A stretch of 64,000 nucleotides of DNA from Takakia lepidozioides. Lineage: Eukaryota > Plantae > Bryophyta. Of the stretch, positions 1-12,789 are shown one piece after another (within the stretch, counting starts at the first letter, position 1; every line of letters begins with the position of its first letter). The position numbers and the translations under genes are program-made. The notes under the pieces were generated by a model. That model did not search any database. It saw only the letters and a program-made list of their open reading frames with translations, and was not told where the DNA came from. Where the stretch lies: positions 3,968,001 to 4,032,000 of the forward strand of contig CM060731.1 of the NCBI GenBank assembly GCA_030704615.1. The letters are read 5' to 3'.

Positions 1-443
1 CCTACCCTTGGCACTAGACTGAAAATTTAACCTCCGGATGGGGAGTCTACCTTTGAACAATAAACAGATGCAGAGAGGAAAGGGAGATTGTCGATGCTCA
101 CTGGTGTGGGTGGCCTGAAGACAATGTATTTTGTGATACAAGTCTGGGGTATTCTCATCAGAGAGCGACCCTCTTCAGGACCATCAAGAACATAGTCCCT
201 GCACCTCTGTTCACCAACTATCAATATCTCAAGGCTGAGTCTAAAGCGGTGGGCCCTGTTGGGGTCTCATTGCTTGGTAGCCCACATACAACAAAACTGA
301 TGAACGTGTGAAGGGCTTTCTAAAAAGAATCTGGAAAGCCTGAACTAATGTTTATAACACGGTAAGTCCTACTAATGGAGTGAGCCCCTCATTCTAATGG
401 CAGACAGTTAATTAACTGTCTAGAAGATCTTCAGCTTTTCACC

Positions 444-1035
444 TTGAATATCAGGACAAGAGGTGACCAAGTGCAGTGGACTCGTGAGAAATCCCAAACT
501 GGGGAACGCTCCATTGTGGATTATATCATAATGGACAAAAATTTGTTCCCCCAGTGTGCGAATGTGTTGATCGACAGAACTGATATTGCTACCTCTGACC
601 AGTTCCTGGTTTGGAATGAGATCAAAAGGTGTTTTCCCAACACCAAGAGATATGTGAAACATTCGATTCGGAAGTGGCGCATAGAAAAACTTCATAATGA
701 GGAGGTCAAGGTTGAGTATGTCTAGGCCTTGCAAGAGGCTCTCCCTCTCGATGCAATCGCTCCAAGAACTTCAGTCTCGCTCTGATAACGCAAGAAATGA
801 AGTCGAAAGAGCAGGGGACTCTTGGGAGAGTTTCGTTTCCTCCGTGGTTGACAAGATCATTGGGATGAAACTAATTGTCTGTGCTAGAGCTGTTAATTGG
901 TGGACCAATGAGATTAAACTCAAGATAGCTGAGAGACGAGCCCTCTATAAAGAGTGCTGCAATTTGGAAACCAACAGAGAATTGTGGGCGAGGTACTACC
1001 AGCTCCGTAAAGATATCAATCAGCTTGTTAGGTCT
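444..1035 (+). mobile_element. Non-LTR retrotransposon (LINE, RTE-like) ORF2 fragment: end of AP endonuclease plus linker, degenerate
   Basis: RSIVDYIIM...ATSDQ resembles the endonuclease SxIDY...SDH motifs. It is followed by a WW.NEIK..I..RR..YK linker motif, with stops and frameshifts. Confidence 0.65.
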
Positions 1036-1701
1036 CAGAACCCTAAATTATACTGGGACAAGTTATATAATGTTTGAAACTCGGAACTTTGGTGCAGATC
1101 GCAAACCTGCTGATGGGTTGGGGAGTTTGCAGGGTGCTTTGCGCGCTTTCTCTTTGTTGGGGCTTCTTTCATCGTTTCCATCTCTGACTCCGAGCTGGTC
1201 TCATTCAAGTCTTCATGTGCGGCATAATCTTGGTCTCGCTGCAATTCTTGCTCCCGTGCCTCCTCTGTGTCTGACTCCGCTACCACCTGCGCTTCCTCCT
1301 CTTGCTCTACCTCTTTCTCCCGTTGTGACATTGCAGAGTGGAGGAGTTGAACTCTGTGACTTCGGCGAGGAGGACCTGTGTGTTTGAGGATTTCCTCAAC
1401 GAGGCGTTTAGGGCGACTCAATCTCGCTTCGACGCTGCAAAGAAGAAGAAGAAAGACAATGTCAGCAGCAGCAAAACCCTAACATATCCTCTCTGCAGGT
1501 TTGGAGCTTTTAATGCGGTTTCATGGCTAGGGCTAGGTAGGGCATATGAAAAAATGCAAGTTCGGACCTCTTTGCAATGTCGTAGATCTTCAGTCGTGCG
1601 AAGAATGCCTTGTTCTCCGCTTGACGCTTTGCTCGTTCTACCTCCCTCGCTGTAGGCTTGCGCCCTGGTGTAACTTCTGGACACTCTATGTATGTCTCCA
1701 T
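1035..1701 (-). CDS. Spliced ORF (exons 1701-1568 and 1434-1035) head-to-head with the CACTA transposase; acidic and basic protein, probably TE accessory, 3' end likely truncated
   Basis: A GT..TTTGCAG intron at 1567-1435 joins ORFs 1510..1701 and 1035..1421 in frame (…DIAKS|VEARLSRPK…). The product contains EVERAKRQAENKAFFARL, PRRSHR, an acidic tract and KRKRAK. Confidence 0.5.
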
Positions 1702-1730
1702 TTCCTGACGAGTCTCACTCAGTCGCCAAG

Positions 1731-3960
1731 ATGATCCCTCCTACTGCCCATCGATTGCAAAGGCGGACACAAGCAGAACATGACGATGACAGATTGTGGA
1801 AACTAGAGGAAGCGCGAGCAAGAAGACTGGGTCTTCGGAAAATTCTATGTCCATGCAATGCCTGTCATGGTGGGAACTGGCAAACCATTGGCCGGGCTAA
1901 GCGTCATCTGATTTTGAACTTGCGAGATCCTAACTTGCGAGAACTCCCGGTGCATATCTGTGGATTCTCTTCCCTTAACCCTGATGCATACTTTGAAATT
2001 ATAAGAAACAGTTCAAATTCCTGGTAGCGGGATTGTTGTAAGGCAAATGGGAGGGGCTGAGGAGGGAAAACTGGACCCTTCAAAGGAACATGGCATGAAA
2101 CGGGTCACTGTTTTGAACCAATTGCCATACTGGAAAGACTTACTCATCCGATACACACTAGATGTGATGCATTGTGAAAAAAATTGTGTGAGAATGTGCT
2201 GAGAACCATTCTTGGGGAGAAGGACACAGCCACATCTAGGAAGGATATGGAACTCAATGTCATTCGTGAACACTTGTGGTTGAGACCCCATCCCTCTCAC
2301 CCGAACAAGTTGGTCAAGCCTTTGGCCCCATATGTTCTTACTGAAGATGAGAAGGTGCTGTTTTTGGAAACATTGGCTGCAGTAAAGGCCCCCACACGTT
2401 ATGCTACCACATTCCAGAAACATGTGGCTAACAATAAACTGTCTACAATGAAAACCCATGACTACCATGTAATGATGCAGCAAATTTTACCTCTTTGCAT
2501 TCGAGGGGTATTGGGAAAGGGTCCACGGATGGCAATTATGAGGCTTTCTCGAGTCTTCCAAAAAGTGTGTGCAAAGATCATTAATCCAGCTGAGGTACCG
2601 GCCTTAAAAGAAGATGTTGCAATCACTATGTGTCTGCTGGAGAAAGAATTCCCTCCGTCATTTTTTGATATCATGACTCATTTGCTTGTACACTTTGTGG
2701 ATGAATTGGAGGTGTGTGGTCCCGTATCTAGCCGTTGGATGTATCCTATGGAACGGTATATGAAGACATTAAAAGGCTATGTAAGGAATATGAGCCGACC
2801 TGAAGGGAGCATGGCGGAAGGGTATGCTTTGGATGAGGCCCTAGGGTTTCTAACTGAGTATATGGCTGAATTTCATGCTACAAGCCAAAGGGTGTGGGAC
2901 TCCAATGAAGAAGACTCAGTTAGTGGGGAGGTGGTTGAAGGATTGGGAATTGTACGAGTCCTCACCATTCAAGAACAAGACAGTGCACACGAGTATATTT
3001 TGCATAACACAGATTGCATGAAACCATTCCTTGAGTAAGTATGTTGCTCATCATATCCTGTGTGTTTCATTTTTGCCAATGGTATAAGCTGTAATCCTAA
3101 TTTGCAATTCTCATTTGGACAGGGCCTATGAAGAGGAGATGGCACTCATAGAAGCATCCCGCACTGAGTTCAGAACAACATACCTTTGTGGACAAGACCA
3201 AGACCACCACAATGGAGAAATTCCATACCCAACAGATATGCGCTTACTGGCTCCATTCCATGAATGGATTGAAGGTGCTGTCCAACGCAAGGTGAGTTCA
3301 GGTGAGTCCTATGATTTGGACATATGCCATTTATGTATACCACCAGCAGTACAGTCATTGGGCTTCAAGTCCATGTATGCTTACGGCAATCACTTTCGAG
3401 CAATAAGTGATGGGACTGGCGCCAGAGACATGGTGACATTTGATTCTGGAGTTGCTCAAGTATTCCATCAGGAAAGCGAAAACAGAGCAGGTATGTCCAG
3501 ACGAGTGTTATCCCAATTGGAATATGTGGGTGTTGTAAGAAAATAATTCAACTGGATTACGGAATTCTTCACCCAATTCTGTTCTTATGTACATGGGTGA
3601 GGTCACACATGGTGGGCCGGAATGCCACCATGAAACGAGATGATTATGGCTTTCTCTTGGTTGACTTCAGTCGCATGTTGCCTGGGATGGAGCAGCCCTG
3701 GACATTCCCTAGTCAGGTGGAGCAAGTTTTTTTCTCGGATGAAAAAAATTCACGAGGGAACTGGAAGGTGGTCCTTCACAAGGACCCTCGATCCCGACGA
3801 GTGGTTCACGATATTACAGAAGTGGCACTGGGTGAGGGAGACATTTATGTAGGCATGGTGCCTCCTGAAATTCCTCATAACATCATGACTGAGCTTGCTG
3901 TTTGTGTTCCTTTGAGTGAGGCAGATGAATTGGCCATTGCCAACTTGAATGCACCTGCAA
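1731..3960 (+). mobile_element. CACTA/En-Spm transposase pseudogene, internally deleted
   Basis: Contains the transposase-associated CPC..C...HL motif, LPYWKDLLIR..LDVMHCEKN, a DUF4218-like segment (FPPSFFDIMTHL...RWMYPMERYMKTLK..VRN..RPEGSMAEGY) and a DUF4216-like segment (FDSGV, KRDDYGF, PSQVEQVFF). There is a frameshift near 2184 and a stop at 3544. The Transposase_21 core is missing between ~1950 and 2040. Confidence 0.9.
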
Positions 3961-4666
3961 GGCAGAGGCGAAATGGTAGAAGGCGGAGGCAAGCTCCACA
4001 TGGGAGGTACCAAGCCAGTTGTGCTATGGTGTAGAGTTGGTTTCTGCTATTGCATGTACTTTTCCAGGGTTTAGACTTGATACAGCATGGTACCTTCCAT
4101 GGGTGGGAGTGACTGAGCTGTTGGGGTGGGCAGAATTCTGACAAACACACTTTCATTTGTGACAGTGAACCCTAAACAGTCATGAAGCTGTGGCATGAAT
4201 ACTTTTCTGACCCTAATCAATGGTGGCCCAATTGTGGGAAAAAGGTGAATGCATGTTGGATTATAGAGAGTAGCAGATGCAATTGAGCATAGGAACTAGT
4301 GTGAGAAGTTGAGTTGGGTGTTTCCTTGAACAAATGTAGGCTGTTATTGTCAGTTGCTACCAGCAAGGCAAAGATGTATGCATGATTTGTGAGAGGCATG
4401 GATAGCTGAAGGAGCAGGGATAGAGTGTGGGTCCAGATTCATCCAAGAGGGCCACATTTCAAGCACAACATTGCCTATGATTCCTTGTGGAAGGATTGGT
4501 ACAAGAAACCTGCATGGGTAGATGGTCAACTGGAAGCCGCAGTAGCAGCGGCACAATTGGTAAAATCAGGCGATGAGGGCACCTTCTTCAACACATTTCA
4601 GCCTGTTTTTCCCCCTTATCACAATCGGCCCTAAATTTCCATGTTGAATCATGCAAGTTAGCTGGT
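3926..4666 (+). repeat. Copy 1 of a ~740 bp direct duplication
   Basis: Sequence from tgaattggccattgcc to tgcaagttagctggt is repeated at high identity at 4901-5638. Confidence 0.92.
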
Positions 4667-5990
4667 TGACTGAATCTTTGATAGATTGGAGTGACTTTGA
4701 CATGATACTGCCAATGTGACAACAGGAAAGTATCCAGAAACAGGTACAAGAGATGAGCAGAAGGTGTGGAATGAATACTTTTCTGATTTGGTCAAGTTTA
4801 GGGAGTGTTCAACACCATGGCTGAACAAGATGTGGTGTCGTGGAGCGCGATGCTTGCAGGATGTGCACAACAGTGAAGTGGGATGGAGCCTTTGAATTGC
4901 TGAATTGGCCATTGCCAACTTGAATGCACCTGCAAGGCAGAGGCGAAATGGTAGAAGGCGGAGGCAAGCTCCACATGGGAGGTACCAAGCCAGTTGTGCT
5001 ATGGTGTAGAGTTGGTTTCTGCTATTGCATGTACTTTCCAGGGTTTATACTTGATACAGCATGGTACCTTACATGGGTGGGAGTGACTGAGCTGTTGGGG
5101 TGGGCAGAATTCTGACAAACACACTTTCATTTGTGACAGTGAACCCTAAACAGTCATGAAGCTGTGGCATGAATACTTTTCTGACCCTAATCAATGGTGG
5201 CCCAATTGTGGCAAAAAGGTGAATGATGTTGGATTATAGAGAGTAGCAGATGCAATTGAGCATATGAACTAGTGTGAGAAGTTGAGTTGGGTGTTTCCTA
5301 GAACAAATGTAGGCTGTTATTGTCAGCTGCTACCAGCAAGGCAAGGATGTATGCATGATTTGTGAGAGGCATGGATAGCTGAAGGAGCAGGGATAGAGTG
5401 TGGTCCATATTCATCGGTGAGGGCCACATTTCAAGCACAACATTGCCTATGATTCCTTGTGGGAGAATAGCTACAAGAAACCTGCATGGGTAGATGGTCA
5501 ACTGGAAGCCACAGCAGCAGCGACACAATTGGTAAAATCAGGCAATGAGGGCACCTTCTTCAACACATTTCACCCTGTTTTTCCCTCTTATTAGAATCGG
5601 CCCTAAATTTCCATGTTGAATTCTGCAAGTTAGCTGGTGGTGGACACATGTATAGCAAATGTGGGAGCACTGAGGATGCGTGTTCAACACTATGGCTGAA
5701 CGAGATTGTGCATTTGCAGTGCGTGTGCAAGTCTGGCAGCTTTGGATGCACCAAAGTTGGAATTGTAACAGATGCGATCCAAATGTGGGGAGCATCAAGG
5801 GTATGCCAAATGCCTCGTATGCCAAATGTGGGAGCATCAAGGGCAAACCTGGCAGCTCTGGAAAAAAGGAAGAGGTCCATGGCTTCATTGTCAAAGCTGG
5901 AATTCTACCTGATGTGATTCTGAACAATGCCCTCGGGGACATGTATGCCAAATGTGGGAGCATCAAGGATGCGAAGGCAGTTTTCCAACA
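4166..5990 (+). pseudogene. Degenerate PDF-motif plus PLS-PPR gene remnant
   Basis: Exon 4166-4244 encodes KLWHEYFSDPNQWWPNCGKK, followed by a phase-0 GT..AG intron (4245-4436). The next exon encodes IHPRGPHFKHNIAYDSLWKDWYKKPAWVDGQL. A second motif start, EQKVWNEYFSD (~4756), joins PPR GVFNTMAEQDVVSWSAMLAG. More PPR pieces lie at 5640-5990. Confidence 0.75.
4901..5638 (+). repeat. Copy 2 of the ~740 bp direct duplication
   Basis: Near-identical to 3926-4666. Confidence 0.92.
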
Positions 5991-7029
5991 CTTTGGCTCT
6001 TGGAGTGATTTTGACATGTACCAGCGAAGGGGAGAAAGTGGGGCCCTCAGTAGACGAGTTGAAAAGCACCAGTTAAAAAGCACTGGCGCTTGATAGGGTG
6101 GGGCAAAATTCAGGCTGGGGTGATCATTGATATCCCGGACGCAATGTAAAAAAGACGGTTGTGAGTGAAGGACACCCGTAGCAAAAAAACCCTGCTGTCT
6201 CAAAAAAGGAGGCAGTCACAAAGAGCAAGGCACTTTGTCCAAGCTTCTCGAATCTAGCAACAATGTGGACAGGGATTGAGTCATTGGGAACAATTTATGT
6301 AAGGTGGCGAAGAAAACCTTGTCTGAGGATCACTGGATATTTCTCTAGTACGGTTGGACTAGTAGAGATTGAAATCCGTGCTCAGCTCAGCTTCATACTG
6401 TCTCATTGTGAAGGGTCACGGTTGACTGGACAAAAATGGGATTGACATTGCCGGGCTCCCAAATCTCTGAGACGACATGTGGTAGTTTTATCTATAGCTT
6501 CTCAAAGCAATTGTTTTACATTGTTCATTATAGTGTGACATTCTCATAACGATATTGTCGTCAGCTGCATGAGCAGTGCATCTTTTGGATTGTTGGTCCC
6601 TATAACCCTAATAACCTTTTTGAACTTTTTAAATTCTCTAAACAAAAGTCTATGTGTTATGTCGTCCAGGGCATGTTGAATAGAGGTGGAAGTCATTTTA
6701 TCCATCCATCTTCCACCTGGATGGTCAATGGGCCAAGTCATATCCACCTTGATGGTCAATGTGCCACGCCATATAGTTGCCCCAAATTCATGTAGGACAT
6801 CTGACACTCACCTCACACTCCATGACTCATTTGACACTCATGTCAAATGCCCCATATGAATTATCTTGGTCAACATCTGTTGACCGTATGGGTGTCATTC
6901 GAGTGTGAAATTTGTAACACCGTGTGGCTTTTCCTACAATGATCCAAATCACACCTTGCCTCGTCTTACATGGGTGTAAGAAGAGCCGTTCAAAGTGCCA
7001 GGTGTGAACTATGGGTGGTGTTGGAAAAA

Positions 7030-7047
7030 CCGGTTTCTGTAGTAGTG
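7030..7047 (-). mobile_element. CACTA terminal inverted repeat (element end), truncating the adjacent PPR remnant
   Basis: The reverse complement reads CACTACTACAGAAACCGG. The subterminal region 6950-7047 is homologous to 8590-8686. Confidence 0.7.
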
Positions 7048-7790
7048 CGGGCTGGACCCCTTCCCCCATCATTTGCTCATAGGTCTCCAAAGCCTCCATC
7101 CCACGTCCCTGATGTGCATACCCTGCAAGCATCGCACTCCACGACACCACATCTCGTTCAACCATAGTGTTGAACACTCCCTTTGCATCCTCGATGCACC
7201 CACATTTTGCATACATGTCCACTAGGGTATTGTTCAGAATGACATTTGGTACAATTCCAGCTCTGAAGATGTCACCATGGACCTCCTTCCCCTTTTCCAG
7301 AGCTGCCAGGGCAGTGTTTAGAATGACATTAGGTACAATTCCAGCTTTGATGATATCCCCATGCACCTCTTTGCCCTTCTCAAGGGCTGCCAGGCTTGCA
7401 CAAGCATTGCAATGCACACAAACATGATGTGAGAGGACAAAACAGGCTGAAATAGGTCAAAGAAGAAGATGCCCTCACCACATTGTCGTTGAGCTTGTGT
7501 CATGACTTGACCGACCATCAACCCAAAATGACCTCTTGTGTGTGCTGCTTGTGTCTGTAGTCAGGTAATGTCGGATTGGTCTGTGAGATCGAACCACCAC
7601 GGTGCAGCTGAGTAGGCAGAGATTGAAAACACGGCCTGCTAAGACCAAGCTAACTCTCCCAAGAACGGCGAGCTTGCAAGAATGTTGCGAGCTTCTCCTC
7701 GTCTCATCTCCTCCTCCTCTCCTCCTTCCTACATCATTTGCTCAACGCCTCCATCCCACACCCCTGCATATCCTGCGATCATCGCGTTCC
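7048..7790 (-). pseudogene. PPR / PDF-motif / PPR gene remnant
   Basis: PPR WNAMIAGYA lies at ~7790-7740. Exon 7580-7479 encodes TNPTLPDYRHK…KRSFWVDGR with a frameshift. PLS motifs at 7430-7048 include NACASLAALEKGKEVH, DMYAKCG and VVSWSAMLAGYA. Confidence 0.8.
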
Positions 7791-8668
7791 ATCCCTCGGC
7801 TACATGGTGTGGCGCAGGAGTAAAAAAAAAATGCCAAGTCCCAGCCCTCCTCTGTGTTCACGATTACCCTAATGGGCAACCTTATTAGCAACTTTTTGAC
7901 TTTTTAACCTTATGCACTTTGATTCATTCTAGGTCAGAGGCTAAAATCCTGCTACCAGACTTGTCTAGAAAACCAAAACACCACGTAGATAAACATTTGA
8001 TAATGGTAATAAAATATATTACCATTGGGCTGGTTTGAACACTTGTTAGTAAATTTAGGTTAGGATTTTTTCGAAATATTCTGGTTTTTTCTTTGATGTG
8101 TGAGATGACAAAGTCCAAGCATGTCACATAAACGAGGAGTTCAACGTAAGGATGATGCAAGTGATTTTGGCAAAAAGTGTAAATCATGCCTATGCCTATT
8201 TGTCCTAGTTGTGTCATAGGTTGCAACGGAACGGGGCCACCTTTGAATGCGATCCCCATGCTCATTTCACCAAGGGCATTATAGACTTCATAATGTAGAG
8301 ATTGAAAATGGGGTGTAGCAGGGGGTGATTCTTCACTTGCTAGTAGCCCATTGTGCAGATTTCTAAACATGAACATGAAGTTCATAATCATTTTCCAAGG
8401 GCATCATTCTCAAACTCCCCATACACCACAATCAGTGGAAATAATTGCATGTTCCCATTTCACACAGGTGTGTAACATGCCATGTAAACTAAGCCAACCC
8501 CTGCCACGCTTAAGGCTGTTTTCACACCATTCCCGCCCGGGGTGTAGACCACATGTGAGACACCCCACAATTAGGGCATATTTAGACCCACACCTTGGCT
8601 CAGTGTACAGACCCGTGATAAAAGCCGTGGAATGTGCCAGGTGTGAGATGGCAGAGCCGTGGGAAAAG

Positions 8669-8686
8669 CCGGTTTCTCTTCTAGTG
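8669..8686 (-). mobile_element. Second CACTA terminal inverted repeat
   Basis: The reverse complement reads CACTAGAAGAGAAACCGG, with subterminal similarity to 6950-7047. Confidence 0.7.
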
Positions 8687-8709
8687 ATTGAGAAGCAATG
8701 ATAGTAGGC

Positions 8710-9711
8710 AAAAGACACAAATGCTTTTAGTATGGCCATTTTGCAGAAATCGGAAGAGATATACTGCACATATGATTGTAAAACTCCACTGACATTCCAT
8801 ACTCTCTTGGAGCCTTGAGGCTTGACATGGATCCCAGAGCCGTACCCAGCTCTGATTCCATGAACCTGATTTTAACCGGGTGAGATTGGATGCATCTTTC
8901 TACGGCTTGATTAATGTCTGGAGTTTGATGGTCTCTTTGCTTGAAAAGGGCAGAGAAGTATTGTTGTGCGATGTCAGTGATCTTCCTTGGGTCCGACTGA
9001 GGGATACCTTGAAAATCAGTAAGCTCAGGGATTGTTTGTCTTATGCGACGCACCTGGACTTTGTCGAAAAAATATTTTGACATAAGTTTCCCCTTTCGTT
9101 GACCAATTTATTCCTGCCTGGATTTTGAGCTTTGTTTCCATCTCCCTTTCATGGGTCTCTAGGTTCACTCTTGCTTCCCGTTATGTTTGGAAGACATTCG
9201 AGTTAGTTTGGTTACCTTCGAGGATTTTCTAGCATACAACGAGGCATTTACTGAAGGCAAGTTATCATTTGTTTCTCGCACCAGCAAGTTTTTGACTGAT
9301 GGCTTGACATTCCTTTGTTGCAACCTTGAGCTTAGCGAGGAATCTCTAGCAAGGAACCCCTTTTGGGAAAGCAAGGCATGTTTAGAGATATCTGAACATT
9401 GGCATGGTCAAACTCTGCAAAATAGGCTCCTGGGGATTTCTCTTGGCCCAAGAAGCTAGGGTTGGGAACAAATAAAACCTGTCTAAACGAGCCAAAATAG
9501 CCTATTCCTAATCTGTCAACTCTGGATTCCACCATGCTGTAATCTGCAGCGAGGATCCATTGTGTGATGTTTGGTTGAGTCTCCAACTTTTCATAGAGAA
9601 GGCTCCATAGTTCCGAACATTCTTGAGGCGTGTTTGGAGCATAGAGGTTGATAACTCCGATTGTTCCAGCATTGTTTGGCAGCAGCAGAGTCACAAATTG
9701 AACTTTGCCTT
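8710..9711 (-). mobile_element. L1-clade LINE ORF2 fragment (endonuclease, linker, start of RT)
   Basis: Motifs INLYAPN..ELW and WILAADYS (WILxGDFN-like), SKYFF, QQYFSALF and KAPREYG..VEFY (KAPGPDG-like). Multiple stops are present. Confidence 0.85.
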
Positions 9712-11647
9712 CGGTGGCATGGTGAGACGGACGAGGAGATGGTGCCTGGATGGCATGCATCTGCATTTCTGTGTATCTTGGCAGTGGAAGGCCAGGTTGG
9801 ACCTGCAATAGGGATGACGGTAGATCAAGTGTGTGAGGACCCTGAGGCCAACAATGAGCAAGGTGGCGCCAAAGATATACATGAGGATTCAGCTGTATTG
9901 GACTACCTCCGCAATGGAGACACTGCAGCCACTGTGACTGCTAAGGAGAGGGATCGGATCCTACAACGAGCCAAGAGGTTCAAGTGGGAGGGGACACACC
10001 TACTCCGAGTGTGGGAGGATGGTCGAGTGAGGATTGTGCCTCACCCAACACAGCGGGCACGGTTAGTACGGCGTGCCCATGAGGAGTTGGGGCATTTAGG
10101 GGTGCGACGCACTCATAGTCTACTACAGGGGCAGTATTGGTGGCGTGGTATGCACACAGAGGTGCAACAATTTGTGGCTAGGTGCATGATGTGTGACAGG
10201 GTGCGTGCTTCATTCAACGCCCCTACTCCACAATTTCACCCTCTTCCGATCATGAGATTGGGCTACAGGTGGAGTCTTGATTTCGCAGGGCCATTGCCAC
10301 TGACCATGCGCCACAACAAGTACGTGTTGGTGATGGTGGAGCACTTCTCCAAGTGGATCGAGTTGGTTCCATTGCCTGATAAGTCTAGTGAGGGAGCTGC
10401 GTATGCATTCTTGGATTGTGTACTTAGCCGATTCGGTGCTCCAGCTGAGGTACTCACGGACCAAGGGAGAGAGTTCTTGGGGGAGTTTCAGGCTTTGTGT
10501 GACAAGGCCTTGGTAGACCACCGCACCACTTCTCGGGATCATCCTGAGGCCGATGGCTTGGCAGAGAGGGTTGTTTAGACAGTAAAGAGGGGTTTGCGCA
10601 AGTATGGCTTGCAGAAGGGACACCTAGGAGATTGGGACCTTCAGTTACCCTGGGCTACAGGTTCAGCAAGCAAGCATCACTTGCCTCCTTCTCACCATAT
10701 TTTCTTCTCTTTGGCCGAGAGCCGGATTTGCCTACATCCATTCGTAGAGAAGCTGCTACAGTTCTTAACCTTGATGATCCGAACGTGTGGGCACGTGCAT
10801 GTGATCAGCGTGCAGAGTTGTTCAAGAAAGTCATGCCCATGGCTTTCGAGAACCTTGCCATTGCACAACATCGTGATACGTTGAGGTATGCTACCATACG
10901 TGGTGGGGGCTATCGTCCTGGGGTTCGGAGATTTAACCCTGGTGACTATGTTTATCTGCAGCAGACTGCTCCTACGACCTTGGATGTGACTGCAGGACGT
11001 ACTATTTTGAGGGTTCGAGAGGTGTTGCCCTCAGGAATCCTGATCTTGGAGGGTCGGGATGACATGATTTGGAAGGACCATGTGCGTAATTGCGCGCCAT
11101 GTCACCTTCCAAATGTTGATGGAAGGGTTGACCCAAACCTGGCAGTGGTACCTGCAAGTTTGAGGTGCATGTTGTGTGGGTCTGCTAGAGAGGCAGCCAC
11201 CATGCTGGTGTGTGATCGATGCTCTAGAGGTTGGCATATGGGATGCTTGACTCCACCGCTTGAGATGGTGGGGATTGGTTATGTCTGCATTGCATTGGAT
11301 AGTGGGAGTGGATACAACCATGGAAGGCTAACAAGAAATGCAAGGCCAAGCTACTAGGAGACCTTGAACACACGAGATCCTGGCTCAAGTTCACAGATTG
11401 CAAGACGGCGACTAACGATGGGGTTACTCTTGTACCCGACCTCTTGGTCTATAAAGTTTGAGTACAATATGGACAGTGATAGAGGACTTAGTACGGCTGT
11501 GGCTATTACATCTTGTAGCTATCTGGAGTTAGAGGGACCTATCCACCAGCTAGGGGGACGATTGTGGAAGACTACTTTATTGTGCATATATGTGTGGAGT
11601 AGTTTGGACAGCGATGTAGTTGTGTAGCGATACGTATGCGCACAACA
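9712..11647 (+). mobile_element. Ty3/Gypsy LTR retrotransposon 3' part: integrase with C-terminal PHD finger (frameshifted), PPT and short 3' LTR
   Basis: Has the HHCC zinc motif (AHEELGH..CMMC), SLDFAGP, TDQGREF, DGLAER and PHD CMLC..CDRC..WH..C. PPT agggggacgat is followed by a TG…CA LTR at ~11563-11647. Confidence 0.9.
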
Positions 11648-11700
11648 TCACAACTGCGCAAAAATTAGGGGTACCCACAAATACCCCGATTCTGCCTAAG

Positions 11701-12332
11701 TGTCAAGGACGAGAACATGACTGAACATTAACAAGAGATAAGACTAGAGGTACAAGGCTAGACAAGAAGTCAAGGTCGGCGTGGCCGAATGCACGATGAA
11801 TAAATAAGAATCAAAACGATCTTTATAACAATGAACAAGAGTACAAGATATTGGAACACGACTTGAATACTGGAATGCTGGAAACTGGACTGGAGTACCA
11901 GATACTGGAAACTGGGCTAGGGTACTGGGAACTGGAAACAAGAGTAGCTTGAACTGGTGTTGGCGAGACTGAAGAGTGTCCAGTCTCGCCTCCTATATAT
12001 ACTGGTTACTAAGAAGCTTCCCTAAGAAGCTTCCCCTGTGGAGGTTGCTTGCTGGAGATGTTTCCAAGATTAAACAAATGTTTCTTGATGGAGAAGCTTC
12101 CTTAAACAAATGAGGTATCTTGATGGAGAAGTTTCCTCCAAATGAAGCTTCATGAGTAGTTTCCCAAGTTAGTCTTGGTAATTTGGTAAACTCCCGGTAA
12201 CTTGGTAAGTAATGGTAAATCATGGTAGATCATGATAAATTACGGTAAGTCATGGTAATTTTTGGTAACATGGTAATTTGGTAATTTCTGGTATTTACTC
12301 CTGGTAAGTTCCTTTGGGCTATGTTCGTGACA
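11701..12332 (-). repeat. 3' LTR (632 bp) of the chromovirus
   Basis: TGTCA…TGACA termini, immediately preceded on the minus strand by the PPT agaggagggggtga. Internal tandem motifs include tggtaa and ggagaagcttcc. Confidence 0.85.
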
Positions 12333-12387
12333 TCACCCCCTCCTCTAGCGCCGAATTCCTCGAATAGCGGTAAAATCTTGGACTTGC

Positions 12388-12789
12388 TTAAAGTTGGAGA
12401 AAATCCAAAATCCGACGAATGGTACTTGCCAAGTATTCGGCTCTTCGTTCTTGACTCAAATGATTTATAGGTCCCTGCAACCATCGATAGTGTCCAACAC
12501 CTTGAACTTGGGACCACGCAGTGATTTGAGCATTCTGATTCTCAAAATTGCCTTCAAACATGATTTCGTTGCCCTCTGGGTCCGAACCCTCAATCTCCAA
12601 CAGAATTATCAGACTTCGAGTAGGCTCCACTTGCCGTCATACGGGGTCCAGACGAGGAAGTACGCGTCGCATTGGTGGCCCATCGTCTCGAGAGCGTCGG
12701 CGTGATGTTGAAGGTCGTAAGAGTCGGAATGGCTGATCTAGTAGCTGGGTAAGCGACAACTCTAATGTATCTGGTTCCTGCGACTCCAT
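12388..12789 (-). pseudogene. Additional ~133-aa ORF between pol and the 3' LTR of the chromovirus, interrupted by one TGA
   Basis: ORFs 12637..12897 and 12388..12630 are in the same frame and separated by a single TGA. TATATATA lies at 12828-12835, ~40 bp upstream of the ATG at 12789. Confidence 0.5.

Noticed and set aside
1473-1481. Telomeric repeat
   Set aside because: Single telo-box unit (AAACCCTAA) in an intron, not an array.
11990-12310. CRISPR-like or satellite array
   Set aside because: Irregular internal repeats of an LTR in a eukaryotic context.
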